From: the human T2T-CHM13v2.0 reference genome, Homo sapiens
Reading direction: 5' to 3' (one strand)
NCBI RefSeq assembly: GCF_009914755.1
Contig: NC_060934.1
DNA length: 64,000 nt
Every line of letters starts with the position of its first letter. Position 1 is the stretch's first letter. The position numbers and the translations under genes were made by a program. Shown piece after piece: positions 43,891 to 61,781 of the stretch. Below the pieces are notes generated by a model. The model saw nothing but the letters and a program-made list of their open reading frames with translations, did not search any database and was not told the origin of the DNA.

Positions 43891-44969
43891 AACTCCTGCC
43901 CACATGACTTGTTTCACTTCCTCATATGAGGGTGAAATAATACGTAACCTCTTCCAAAAACTTAAATAGAAAGAAAAACACTGAAATGAAAACTAGAAAC
44001 CAAGATCCCAGGTGTAAAAATTCTAAGCAAAGTTTTGGTAAATGGAATCCAGTAGTATATCCAAAGTATACTGTATCATGATCTACAGAGGTTTAGACCA
44101 CAAATGTTGGTATCACATTTGAAAAACAATTAATACAATTCATCCGAACACACTAAAAAACAACAAATATATGCCCATCTCCATAGATGACAAATTACAA
44201 TATTCATTCCTCATAAAAATCTCTCAGCAAACCAGGAAAAGAAGAGTGCCTCATCAACATATAAAGGGCACAGACCTAAAACCACCACTAACGTTATACT
44301 TCATGGTGAAATACTGAGTGCCTCTTGTAAGACCAGAGACAACCCAAACGTTTGTTCATTCTTTCCACTTCTGTTCACCTTTGTACTGGAGGGCCTATCT
44401 AGTACAACGGGGCAGGATAAAGAAATAAAAGGCATCAAGATTGGAGAGAAAGTAAAACAGTCTTCATTCTAAAATAATCCAATCATCTATGTAGAAAATC
44501 CAATGTAATCTACAAAAAAGTGTCTAAAACTAATAAGTGAGCATAACAAAATTTCTGGGTTTGGACTCAATACATAAAAATGAATGCTTTGATATACTAG
44601 TAACAAACAACTGCAAATACAAATTTTAAAAATCACTTACAATAGCACCAAAAAATATAAAATACTTATAAACTGGATAAAAGATGTAAAAGACCAGTAC
44701 ACTGAAAACCAAAAAATACTTCTGAGAGAAATTAAAGATCTAAACAAGTAAGAGATACATCTTGTTCATGGATATTGTTCAGATGTCAATGTTCTCCAAC
44801 TGATCTATAGATTCAGTGAACCCCCCAACAAAAATCTCAGCACTTTGTAGATATTAACAACCTCATTCTAATTTGCATGGAAATACACAGGAACTGGAAT
44901 TTAAAAAGTAACTATGAAAAACAGAGTTGGAAGGCTATCACTACCTAATTTCAAGAATTATTAACAGTA

Positions 44970-47609
<2,640 letters not shown>

Positions 47610-49199
47610 ACAATCCAAGCAGTGCACTACTGGAGTCAAAGCGGGCTAGCGCATCAATGAACAGAACAGACAGTCCAAAAATAAATCCAGACCTACGTGG
47701 ACAAACGACTTCTGAGAAAGGTGCAAAGGCAACGCAGCAGAGAGAAGTCTTTCAACAAACAGTGCTGCAATAGCTGCAGATTCCTATGCACAAAATGAAA
47801 ATAACTTTGATCCATATTTCATACCTTATACAAAAACTAACCTAAAATGGACCTAGAAATGTAAAATCTAAAGCAATTAAACTTATAGGAGGAATATAAA
47901 CCAAAAGGAAGAGCCATAAAAGAAAAAAATGATAAACTTGATTACACAAGAAATTTTAAACTGCTTTTCAAAAATACTCTTGGGAGAACAAAGTACATTG
48001 CGTATCTGGACTTATATCCAAAACATATAAATAACTATCAAAAGTGAGTAATAAAACAACCCAATAAGAAAATGCACAAACAGGCACAACACCAAATAAG
48101 ATATATGCATTACAAAAAAATGCTGCAACTTCAGGTTCTGCATGTGAGAAGCCTGCAAGTTATCACTCTGGTCTGACAAGTAAAAAATCTAAAAAGAACA
48201 ATTAACAACTCTTCTTAGATCCTACGTAAAGTCACAAGGCAAACAACTGCTGCCAAATTGGACAGACAGACAGATAAATAGAGAAGCGATCACAACATAT
48301 GGAGCAGAAACCTTTGCAGGAACCAAGGCGAGGACAGAAAACACTGTCCTGGAACTGATTAACTGCTGGAGGCTCAGGGTGGCCAAGTCTGAGAGTTAAA
48401 AACTGCAGGGAGTCTCAGTCATTGGCGGGTGAGGGGTTCCTGCACTTTTGTGACTTATACTTTCTGGAGCTCGATCAGGTCCTCACAGGGAATACTAGAG
48501 AAAAATCCCTTTGTGCTTCCGGCACGAGTAGGAGAAAAGTAACCGTTTTGAAAAATACCAGAGCACTCTGTTCTTCTTAACAAGGTCTGCCCTCAGGAAA
48601 GACAGTTTAACCACAGTCCAACTTGCTGGGGTTTAATCAGAGCAGAACATACCTAGAGGAAGGGAAACACCTAGCTCCTGCCTCCTCTGGTCATGCTGCC
48701 CCACCTAAGAGGGGAGGAAAGAAGAGAAGCTCCTGTGAGCTTCACAGTCCAGGGCCCGGGCTCACTACAGACTTGAGACTCCCAGGCCTCTTATGGAAGG
48801 CGTCCCCTGCCCACACCTCACCCCACAGCACTGAAGGCATAGTCACCACAGTGCCTTCCACCCAGCACGTCACAGCTGGCTCTCAAGAAAGTTACAAGGC
48901 ATACACAAAGGCCAAAAACACAATGTCAAGAGCAGAGCAAGCATTAGAACCAGGCATGACAGAGATGTCAGAATTATGAGACAGGGAATTTAAAAGAACT
49001 AGGATAAGATGCTAAGGGCTCAAATGGATAAAGGAGACAGCAGGTAAGAACAGGTGGGCAATGCAAGCAGAGAGATGGAAATCCCAAGGAGGGGGAAAAA
49101 AACTGTGAGAGATGAAAACTACTGTAACAGAAATGCAGACTGCCTTTGATGGGCTATTAGGAGACTGGACATGGATGAGGATCTATCAACAGAAACCTC

Positions 49200-49960
49200 T
49201 GCTGGCACTCAGAAAACAATACCCCAAAATGAAGGCCTCAGAAACAAAAGTTTTTTGGGTCTTGTTTTATGTCCTTGAGAGCTTGAACTGTGACCAAGTG
49301 GGAGCACTCTTTGGTCTCCACCATTGGGGGAGGTACGATTTTCGGATCAGGTCGGGTGGCCGGTCTGAAGACAGGAACCCAAGACTTTTTGTTCTGCATA
49401 CGTCAAGCGCTCGGGAGTTTGTCTTAATAAGAGGTCCCACGTGTAAGGGGCTTTTGTCATCTCAACTCCTGCTGCCTGGTTAGTCTGTGTCAACAAGAGT
49501 CTTTGCTGATTGAGCTCATTCCTGACAGTAAATGTTTTGTGGGAGGTATCTTTGGAATTGCTTCTTCTATGTCCTCTCCAGGATCTATCCTGGACTTTAT
49601 ACACCACTGAAAATTCTAAATGTCAATGGCCAAAAGATGGATCCTTTAAATTAGAATTGTAAATTTAAAAAAGGATTTTAGAAATCTCATCCTAAACAAC
49701 TGATAAAAACATCAAGAGCAAAAAGGGTGCTTGGCATCACTAACCACTAGGAAATGCAAGCCAATTTCTAGAAAGACCCAACAGTGCTATGGTTAGCCTT
49801 AAAAATTCTCTTTAAAATTAAAGAGCAAAAATCTGACCTGAAACAAAATTAAAAATTTTTTAAGCTTAAACTCCTACTTTGGATCCCCCTGTTGGTTAAC
49901 AATGAGGGCTCCTCTATATTCTTGTAGGCCCACAGTTAAAATTCCAGGCTTTCCCTGCGG
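49200..49960 (+). mobile_element. LTR/ERV1-like fragment
   Basis: 'tcagaaaacaataccccaaaatgaaggcctcagaa' LTR-like start and ERV leader-like sequence; family not determined. Confidence 0.5.
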
Positions 49961-50643
49961 TGGCCTATTAGACACACAGCCCAATGCAACAGAAGAGAGG
50001 GCCGAGAAAGAAATCCTTGCATACATGGCCAATTGTTTTTTTTAACAGGCGTGCCACGATCGTTCTATAGAGAAAGGGCAGTCTTTTCAATAAATAGTGC
50101 AAGGACAACTGGATATCCACATGCAAAAACAAAGTTGGATCCATACTTTATACCATATACAAAAATTAACTCAAAATGATCAAAGATCTAAATGTAAGAC
50201 CCGAAATGATAAAACTCAGACGAAAACACAGACAAAACCTTCATTATAATAAATTCAACAATGTTATCTTAGATATGACACCAAAGGCATAGGCAGCCCA
50301 ACAAAAAATAAACAAACTGAACATTATGAACATTTTAAATTTTGTACATCAAAAGACACTTTGAATAAAATAAAAAGGCAACCCATATAATGGAAGAAAA
50401 TAATTGTGATTGATGTATCTGATCAGGGATTAATACACAGAATATATTGAGAACTCCTAAAGACATTAACAAAAACCTGATTCAAAAATAGGCAAAGGAT
50501 TTGAATAGACATTTATCCAAAGAAGACAAATGGCCAATAAGAACAAAAAGGGTGCTTGGCATCACTAACCATTAGGGAAATGCAAGCCAAAACTACAAAG
50601 ATATACCCACTAGAATGACTACTATCAAAAAAATCAGAAAATA

Positions 50644-51094
<451 letters not shown>

Positions 51095-52648
51095 TTAATA
51101 AAACTGGAACCCTTGTACACTGATGGTGGGAATGTAAAATACTATGGCCTGTATGGAAAACTGTATGGTGATTCCACCAAAAAAAGTTAAACATAAGAAT
51201 TACCATATGATCCAGAAATTCTACTTCTGGAAGGCAGTTCAGCAGCTTTCTACAGAACTAAACATACTCTGACCTTATGATCCAGCAATCACACTCCTGG
51301 GTATTTACCCAAAGGAGTTAAAAACTTCCTTCCGTACAAAAACCTGCACATGAATGCTAACAGCATCTTTATTTGTAATTGCCAAAACCTGGAAACAACC
51401 AAGATGTCCTTCAGTAGGTGAATGACTAAGTAATTTGTAGTATGTCCAGACAATGGAATGTTATTCAGTGCTAAAAAGAAATGAGTTATCAAGCCTTGAA
51501 GACATGGAGGAAGCTTAAATGTACGTTACTAAATGAAAGAAACCTATCTAAGAAGGCTACATCCTGCAGGATTCCAACCCTATGACATTCTGGAAAAGGT
51601 AAAACTATGGAGACAGTGAAAAAACCAATGGATGCTAGGGGTTGGGGGGAGGGAGGGGTGAGTAGGCAGAACACAGATGACTTTTAGGGCAGGGAAACTA
51701 CTCTCTCTGATGCTACAATGGAGGGTACATGTCATTATACATTTCTCCAAACCCACAGAACGTACAACACCAAGAGTGAGCCCTCATGTAAACTGTAGAC
51801 TCCAGGTAATAATGATGTGCCAATATAGGATCATCAATTATACAAAGGCACCCTCTGGTGAGGGAGTGTGAATAGTGAAGAAGGCCATGCATGTGTGGGG
51901 GTGGGGGGAGGGGAGTATATGGGAGATCTCTATACCTTCCACTAAAACTCGCTGTGAACCTGAAAGTGCTCTAAAAAAAACAGTCTTTTTTTTAAAAAGG
52001 ATGTTTGATAGCATTAGTCCTTAGGGAAACATAAATTAAAGCCACAGTAAGATTCTACTGTCTCCCTTTTACAGCAGCTAAAATTAAAGACTGACCCTGA
52101 GGTCATAAGGGTCATAAGGATGTGGTGCTTTAATCCACCACTGGTTGAGAATAGAAAATGGTACCACCACTTTGGAAAACTGCCTTACCATTTCTTAAAA
52201 GGATAAACATGCCTACCAGATGATCCAGCTACTCCATTCCTAGGTATTTTACCCAAGAGAAATGAAAACATATGTTTATATGAAATCTTGCTGACAAATG
52301 TTCACTTTTATGAACACTTTTTATTGGCAAAGCCACATTTTGAAAACAATCCCAAAATCCATGAATAGGGGAATAGAAAAACAAACTGTGATCTATCCAT
52401 ATCATGAATACTTCTCAGCAATAAAAATAAATGATTAATTCATGTTACAACATGAATCAGTCTCAAAAATAGTAACCTAAGTCAGACAAAAACAGTACAC
52501 ACTGTCAAATTCTATCACACGTCTGTTGTCCAGCAACTTGTGGGGCTGATGCACATCTCTTGGGCCCAGGAGTTCCATCTTTTTTTTTAAAGAGAAAAAA
52601 AATCTACGAAACGCAAACTGACATATAGTGATAGAAAACAGACCACTG

Positions 52649-53108
<460 letters not shown>

Positions 53109-53346
53109 TTATTTCCTCAATTGTCTGTAAGCTACAGAAAATCTGGGGTATACCTGAAGTATATGATGTTTATTGTACATCGGTTATGCCTCACTAATGC
53201 TTTATAGGAGTGAGAGAGGGAGTAGGTGGAGGCAGATGAAGGAGGAAGACAAAGCAGAAGGTATTCTTTTTCTTCTTTTTGAAAATAGTTTTAAATACCC
53301 CTTTTAAAAAGAATCACCTTTTGAAATTAAACTTTCCAGAATATAC

Positions 53347-53525
53347 TTTAACATGTTGTTATTTCACTTTTGATAATGTTCCCTATCTTCTATCTTCAGA
53401 TAGATTTTAACATGTTATTTCACTTTTGGTAACGTTATCTATCTCCTGTCTTCAGGCAGATTTTCACAAGTTATTTCACTGTTGATAACATTACCCATCT
53501 TCCATCCTCAAGACAGATCTTCACA
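53347..53525. repeat. Diverged ~56-bp tandem repeat x3
   Basis: gttatttcact.ttg.taa..tt....atct...(a/g)tc.tca recurs three times. Confidence 0.88.
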
Positions 53526-54294
53526 TCTGTCTACCTCCTATCTATCTTCCATCTTCTGTATAAATTCTGACCCCAGTTCAAGATTAGGTCATTTCAATTT
53601 AGTCTGAAACTTAAATTGTTTATTTTGAACCATTTTACTTCCTACCATTAGGATTCTCACTCCCTCAATGTATAATGCCTTTTTATCTTTTGTAAAAATC
53701 TGTTTTAATGATGAGCATTCCTTTCCTTTGCCATCTTAAATTCAATGGACTCTAACATGACTCCAGTTTATCCCAATGTTCTGCCATTCCCAAGTCACTA
53801 ACCAGTTACTGGTGAATTAACAAGGGGGATGTAATCAAATTACATTGCTGAATACTGGCCTTCCTCAGATTTAGAAAACTGCTCATGTAGACGGGAAATT
53901 CACTTTATGCAAATTCAAGATGGCAAATTTATATTTACAAGAAACAAGCATGGCTTAATTTTTGTACCTTTATAAATACTTGATTCATTTTACCAAACAA
54001 TTATTTAAAGCAATAAGCTCCACTGAAGTTAAAAAAAAAAAAAAAAAAAAAAAAACAACCGTCACAGAACATCTACACATTTTCCCTCTTAAGTGACAGT
54101 TTCTGACTTTGACAGTCTTAAGCCAATGAAGTCATTCTGCATGGCTGTGCCTTACAGCATCGAGGTCTGGCCTCTCCAGCCCTGCCCAGTGCATTCCCTG
54201 GTCACTGGGATAACGAAAAGCCCATGGCAAGTGGGGTGGGGGAGGGGACAGGGACTGGTTAAGAACAATTGTGGTAATAAAAATGAAAACATGA

Positions 54295-54543
54295 GAGGCC
54301 GAGGCGGGCAGATCACAAGGTCAGGAGATCGAGACCATCCTGGCTAACATGGTGAAACCCCATCTTTACTAAAAATACAAAAAATTAGCCGGGCGTGGTG
54401 GCAGACGCCTGTAGTCCCAGCTACTCAGGAGGCTGAGGTAGGAGAATGGCATGAACTCAGGAGGCGGAGCTTGCAGTGAGCCGATGTCTCACCACTGCAC
54501 TCCAGGCTGGGTGACAGTGAGACTCCGTCTCAAAAAAAAAAAA
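54295..54543 (+). mobile_element. 5'-truncated AluY-like
   Basis: TSD aaaatgaaaacatga. Confidence 0.93.
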
Positions 54544-54999
54544 TGAAAACATGAAAAAGTTCCTGCATTTCCAGTAACGTGTGGTACACTCCATAACTGG
54601 GCCTGAACATCTCCTTTCCCACCTACTCTCTTCCTTTCCATTTTTTAGCCACTACTACATACTAAGGTACTTACAACCCTACATGAGAACAACAGAGATT
54701 CTATCCAGATGGTCTTACATTTGCTTTCCTCCAAGCCATTCTTTCACACTCCTGCAAAATTTACCTTCCCCAAACAACTTATTTTCTTCATGTCACTCAT
54801 TTCCTCATCAACAGGAAAGAAGTTCAAATGTGAATGGCTTCTAAGACTTGCAAATGGGGCCTCAATTGCCCCTACCTACAATACCACAGCATTCCCTCTC
54901 TATCCCCCTCCCTTTACCCAAACTGTCTTACTCTCAAATCCAACATTAACGTTCCACCTCTGCACTTTTACTGACACTTCGCACTACTAAATAGGTTTC

Positions 55000-55303
55000 A
55001 TTTTTTTTTTTTTTTTGAGATGGAGTCTCGCTCTGTCGCCCAGGCTGGAGTGCAGTGGCACGATCTCGGCTCACTGCAAGCTCCGCCTCCAGGTTCACGC
55101 CATTCTCCTGCCTCAGCCTCCCAAATAGCTGGGACTACAGGCGCCCGCCACCACGCCCAGCTGATTTTTTTTGTATTTTTTTTTTAGTAGAGACGGGGTT
55201 TTACCGTGTTAGCCAGGATGGTCTTGATCTCCTGACCTCGTGATCTGCCCGCCTCGGCCTCCCGAAGTGCTGGGATGACAGGCGTGAGCCCCCGCGCCCG
55301 GCC
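55000..55303 (-). mobile_element. AluY-like
   Basis: TSD aggtttcat. Confidence 0.95.
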
Positions 55304-55517
55304 CAGGTTTCATCTTTTGAGACCTTACATTCCTCCATGGCACCTCCCTAACCAGGGCCTCTCATCTTCTCTGCATCCACATAAGGGTGAGTTTAAAGTA
55401 GAATTAAAAGCAGGCAAAGAAAGACCCATTGTGTAGAGAATGTTAATACTCTAAATAAAAAAAATAAATAAAGCAGCCCATATTCCCTGGGAAAATGCAC
55501 CCATAAGATATGTTTAC

Positions 55518-55658
55518 CTGTCTCGCTATTTTCAGGCAGAGAGTCATATTCTGAGGGACCCAGAGCGAGAGCGTTCATGTCTGCTGGGTCCGACTCCTGC
55601 GGGTCTGGCAATGCGGCATTCTCATGGCCCTGGTCACCATCACCATTGGCATCCGATC
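55518..55658 (-). CDS. LARP4B: LARP4B exon SDANG...NSETG
   Basis: Acceptor gtag|GA; donor ACAG|gtaaac; 141 nt, phase 1/1. Confidence 0.96.
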
Positions 55659-55897
55659 CTACAATTAGGAGTTTACCCCAAAAAGGCAGGGTTAGAAGCA
55701 TAACTTTCTCTTAAAACAAAGCTTACACTTGCAGTGACTCAACTTCTTTAGACTGTAAAAGACCTCTGGGCTCTCAAGCACTGCCACATACCATGACACA
55801 GTTATGAATGAACAACATCTTAAAGACAGATTAAAATGGCAACAAAAGCACAGGCCTGAAAGCAGGGGGCTGCACACCACGGCCATGCTCAACTTAC

Positions 55898-56045
55898 CCT
55901 GCGGGCCACGGTCTGCGTGGTGGCCAGCCACCTCCTCCCATGCAGCACTCACACCGTCAGCAGCACTGCTTGCTTCCAGATGTAACACAGGAGCCCCCCA
56001 CACTTCTGCATTAGGGTTCAGCTCTGAAACCTTAGTTGCTGGTAC
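55898..56045 (-). CDS. LARP4B: LARP4B exon VPATK...RGPQG, contains PAM2w motif
   Basis: Acceptor ctag|GTA; donor CAGG|gtaagt; 148 nt; SELNPNAEVWGAP at 55989-56027. Confidence 0.96.
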
Positions 56046-56446
56046 CTAGGAAGAAATGTAAGATAGACATTTGTATCCAAATGTCAACCAAATACAATTT
56101 TACTCATTAATGCAGAGTTAAGAGACATCAGATATAGGCTCCAAAGGCTCAGCCTATGTATTTATACACACCTTTGGAATGAAATCAGGTTCAAAATTAA
56201 AAAAAAAAAAAAAGCAGTCAGAATTCCATTAAATTCCCCCCAAGTTTTAAGTTCCTCCTCCCAAGACCAAGGCTTGCAGAGATGGGGAAGGACACGCCTG
56301 CCACCAAAAGATTCAGTGTTTCACAAACTATACCTGAGGAATAGCTGGTGACTTCCTAGACTCCTAATAAAATCACAATTCAGGGTTTTACAAACTTGAA
56401 TACAAGGCAGATGAATAAAATTCTAATTAGAAAGCTTAAACAAGTC

Positions 56447-56759
<313 letters not shown>

Positions 56760-59019
56760 TCACATAAACAAAAGGTGTAGAAGATGAAAATTGCTCCTAA
56801 GAATGAAGGTGTTCTAACAGGTCTGTCAGGGATACTACAGGATAAGAAAGCTCAGGCATCCTTTGAGGAAGAAGATAAAATATCTCATATTTTTCACAGA
56901 ACTACCTGTTCCCATTCCCAATAGAGCTTCAGTATCACCTTGAAAGAAAATCCACAGGTGACCATGAAGCTGCTAGTCCAGTGTTCTGGACAACGGACTC
57001 TCAGATCACTGGGGCTGAGGCCAAAGCTGCCATGGACAGCTGTGGAACATGGGCTAAACCTCACCTGGAAGACAGCACAACAACATGATGCCTGGCACAT
57101 ACCAAGCTCATCGGCCATCATGACAGTCACGCATGCTCAGTTAGTCCCACAGGGCAGTCCTCTACTCAAAACCCTCCCGCATCAGCTTGGCTCATTTGGA
57201 GTAAAAGACGAAGTTCCCACTGCAGCCACAGCGCCCTCCTGTGCTCACTGCTCCCTGGCCTTGTCCATTTCCAGGCACACTGACCTCCTTGCTGTCTCTG
57301 GGCACACTGGCACTTTTGCTCTTCCCGTCCGTCTGTCCAGAACATCCTGCCCAGAGACTGGGGACTGGTGGTCCTTCCTGACACAGCGAATAAACCCACA
57401 AAAGTCCCCCACCATGTGGATACTCCCTACTCCCCTGATTTTTCTGATACAAGCCTTTCTTATGCTTACACAAGCACTCCCCAAAGCCTAAAGAAAAGTC
57501 AAATGTCCAAACACACAATCCTTCAACAAACTTACACATGATTTGCCTTTTCAAATGTGCCACCCACCTTCACACCACAGTGCAGGAAGTCAAAGCTTCT
57601 GGAGGAAGGGACAGGTCCCTGGTCCCCGGTGCCCCTTGGAATCAGGCTGCAAGCTGGGAGCAGTTACACTGCACTACCCCAGCATGCAGCATAGACACAC
57701 CAGTTTCTGCGGCCCAGAACACAGGAGAAGGGCTGGAAAGGACCACCATGAGCCGTCAAATAAACGATGGGTGCATTAACAATTTTTAAAAGACAGAATA
57801 AATCCACATTGGCTCAGGTGATGGGGCTGGTAGTAAAAAACATGAAACTATTTCTGAAACTGAGAGAAGGCAGCTGATGTGGTTTGTTCGTTCCTGCTCC
57901 CCCAGTCACTGGAGCACCAATGAGCACCATGCCCATAAAACCAGGTGTTTAAATGAGTATCTATCTGGAATTCTTTTTAGTTTTTGTTTTAAGTACTGGT
58001 GATAGGGCAAATTATTGGGTTCCTTCAAGAATATTATAATCAAGAAGCACCAATTCTTCAATTTTCCTTCTTGCATTGCATCTAAACTTCATTTTTGGCC
58101 TCTGCTTCTGCATAGTGTTACTTGCCCTCTTCTCTCTCATCCACCCATCTGTCCAACAAGTGCCTCTGACATGTTCACCAGCATGCTTGTGCCAGGCACG
58201 GCACTGAGCTGGCAGGTGTGATGGTGAAGGAAGCAGACAGGAGCTCATGGAGCTACATGAGGGGGCAGGAGACAGCCACAGGTCACCCACAACACTGCCT
58301 CTGGCAGCGTTTACGCCGCTCCACCTGATCTGTTGTCTTTGTAAATTCATTTCTCTATTCTCTTTCCCACTCTAATACTTCCATACATCACCTTTCCTAA
58401 TTAGACCCAGTCTGTTTTCACCACCACCACACAATCCAGTTTTCCAGCCTCGGTTCCATTCCATCCACTTAGCTGGCTCCCCTCAGCTCATGCACATACT
58501 ACACGTGCTTTAAATTCCCAACACTAACTAACAGTAACCTTCTCTATTATTAGTACCTTTTGCAGTTGACTGTCCTATAGTACCAAAATACATTTTGTGG
58601 TTTATTAATACAGACCAACAGCACTTTGAAAGCAGTGACAGCATGGCTGTTGGGGCTCCCGTGGCCCTCGTGTTCCTCCTATTCCAGGGTGGCAGTCACC
58701 ATGGGCATTTTCCTCACTGTAGTACTGCTGATAGCCAGCACAGTCCTGAATTCAGTAGGGAGGTGCTCAAGATATATGAGGAATGAATCAATGTTTAATA
58801 AATAACATAAATTTATATTTTCCACTATTTGACAACTTCTGCAAGGTTTTATGCCACAAATGACTAGGACTCTACCCTTAACCAATGACTACCTCTTAGT
58901 GAAGAAGTCCAAATCAAGTGTATGCAGTTAGGAAATGTTCAATCAATGCTGTGACTGAAGAGATGTCACCAGGAATGAAAGAATGAAGATGTCTTTTAAG
59001 GCTTAATGACATTCAAGGA

Positions 59020-59200
59020 TCTACCACGTGCTGAGCACATTCTACGCACTTCCTTGTACTGAATCAGAACAAGTCTTGGAGGTCGTTATTCACTGGACTC
59101 ATTTCACAAATGAAAAAACCAAGGCAGAGAAAGGTAGAGTAACTTCCCCATAAAAACGATGGTAATTAGAAAGTTAGATTCTAAGCAATTGCGTTCAGCA
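59020..59200. mobile_element. MIR fragment
   Basis: 'catttcacaaatgaaaaaaccaaggcagagaaaggtagagtaacttcccca'. Confidence 0.6.
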
Positions 59201-59353
59201 AAATTCAACACTCATCAAGAGTTCATTAACTTATAATTTATGAGAAATAGTTTGTATTAAACAAAGATCTGAATCTCCTACTATTTCTATAAAATATGGT
59301 TATTCTCTTGCAGTAATATGGAACTCTAAATGGTTATCAAGAACTCCAGCGTC

Positions 59354-59661
59354 GGCCGGGTGTGGTGGCTTATGCCTGCGATCCCAGCATGTTGGGAGGC
59401 CAAGATGGGCAGATCACTTGTGGTCAGGAGTTCAAGTCCAGCCTGGCCAACATGGTGAAACCCCGTCTCTACTGAAAATACAAAAGTTAGCTGGGTGTGG
59501 TGGCACACACCTGTAATCCCAGCTACTTGGGAGGCTGAGGCAGGAGAATCATTTGAACTCAGGAGGCGGAGGTTGCAGTGAGCTGAGATAGTACCACTGC
59601 CCTCCAGCCTGGGTGACAGAGCAAGACTCCATCCTTGAAAAAAAAAAAAAAAAAAAAAAAA
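59354..59661 (+). mobile_element. Alu (AluS-like)
   Basis: TSD aactccag(c/t)gtcg. Confidence 0.94.
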
Positions 59662-61380
59662 CTCCAGTGTCGTCTGCTTGACTATAAGTCTTATTTTTCC
59701 ATTAAAAATGTATGGCTAAGCAATGGTTATTAAAACCACAGGCAAGCTGACCTTAACAGCCACATTCCAAAGTGAACATGCCTGAGTTCTGATGCTTTAA
59801 ATAAACCCTTCCACCCCACCCCATCCTGTGCGAAACAATATGCTCCACTTTGAAAAATAACGTATCAATTAATAAGCTTGTATAACTACCGATACGAGAC
59901 AGAACAGTCTCTCTGACAAGTTACTGACTAGGAACTGGAGTAATTAATGCTGGAGAAGGGGGACTGGCCGGTGAGGTACAGAAAGCAGGTGAGAAATAGG
60001 GGAAAGAAACATTCCATGCAAGCACCAACCACTCCTACAGATGCACTAAAAAGCTTAGTAATTCAGGGCAATTTGCTGACTTCAGAACCATACAAGGCTC
60101 TACCTCCAGTTCTTTGTGAAATGGAGTAATAGCTGCTATATTAAGATTTGCTTAAAAAAAAAAAAAAAAAAAGACACCTGTAACAGCACTTTGAAAATTG
60201 AAGCTCTGAAAGGCAAGGCACCATCGTTAAACGTGGTAACGCTTCGTATGAGAATACTGTTTGGGAATACCTCATAATGGAAAAGCTAATTTAAAACTGG
60301 AAGCACACCTCTCACTTAGGCATCATTTATGCTCTTTGTTGATGTCTGAGGCAGTGACACTGGTAACTAACTGAAAATTATGTCACTTCTGTAAAAGATT
60401 AACTGCAGATTATCTTAAAGATGTAGTTTTATACTGTTTTGCCTCCACAACTATTTAAGGAGCAAAACTAATGAATTTGAACATAACTCTCTCCAGAAAA
60501 ACTCCCAGTGTGGGCACGGAAATAAAAGAGGTTGATGGATCATTCCTTACACTACAGAAGGGGATTTCTACTTGTTTATTTCCATATAGTAAGTGTTGAC
60601 ATTTGAGCCATCTCTACCTCCTTAATATCAATACTTTTCCTTGCTTCATTGCCCACAAAAATCATGAATAAACCACTGGTTGAATAATGAGATCTTGCTA
60701 CTCTGAGTATGTGCTTTCAATCACACTGCTTCGATAAATGTCTGTTTTGTGGAAGAAAACTAATTTCCTGTTGTTGAATGATGTTGACATTTATTACAGA
60801 ATTTCTGGAAAGATGCTCAAATTAGCTGCCCATAGAGTCATTTGCTAAGCTTCTTCCAAACCAGAGGGACAGCCTTATCTCGGGGTTCTGAAAAAGAAAG
60901 AGCTCCACAGTAATTCTAACTGCAAGAAGACAGAACCAAGATTTCATAGGCAGTTAAAAGCAGCAAATTCTACCTGCCTCAGACACATACAAAGATATAA
61001 GGAAGCACAGATTTTTAGGTAAGTTTGTCTTCTGCAGTGTGACTTATACCTTCAATGGGCTCACATGCTTATCGAATCAACTACACTGCCCACGAGATAA
61101 GATGCCCTCAAAGGGCTCTGACAACACTGCGGCCAGGAAGACAGAAGAGCTGGCAAAATTCACAGACAGAAAAAAGTCAACACAGAGCTCAGGGCATGCT
61201 TTAGTGCTAACAAGAGTTTGCACACAACCTCTGGCTTAAGTACACCAAACAAGAATTCATATTCTCCAATTTGGAAATCATTAATGTTATAGTAATTCAC
61301 AGCCATATATAAGCATTCAAATAACTACCCACTGTTTAGAGTAAATCTTTATTAATTTTAAGTTAAAAACAATTAAAATT

Positions 61381-61679
61381 GGCCAGCCCGGTGGCTCATG
61401 CCTGCAATGCCAGCACTTTGGGAGGCTGAGGCGGGTGGATCTCCTGAGGTCAGGAGTTCAAAACCGGCCTGGCCAACATGGCGAAATCCCATCTCTAAAA
61501 ATACAAAAATTAGCCAGGTGTAGTGGCACATGCCTGTAATCCCAATTACTCGGGAGGCTGAGTCACGAGAATTACTTGAACCCGGCAATCACTTGAACTT
61601 GGGAGGTGGAGGTTGCAGTGAGCTGAGATCACGCCACTGCAACTTGGGTGACAAAAGTGAGACTCTGTCTCAAAAAATA

Positions 61680-61721
<42 letters not shown>
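61381..61721 (+). mobile_element. Alu with a small internal duplication and (AAT)n tail
   Basis: 'acttgaac' segment repeated at ~61574-61598; TSD aattaaaat. Confidence 0.93.
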
Positions 61722-61722
<1 letters not shown>

Positions 61723-61781
61723 TAAAATGTATAGCCCAGCATACCGCAGCACAATAGTAAACACACAGAAAACATACTTAC

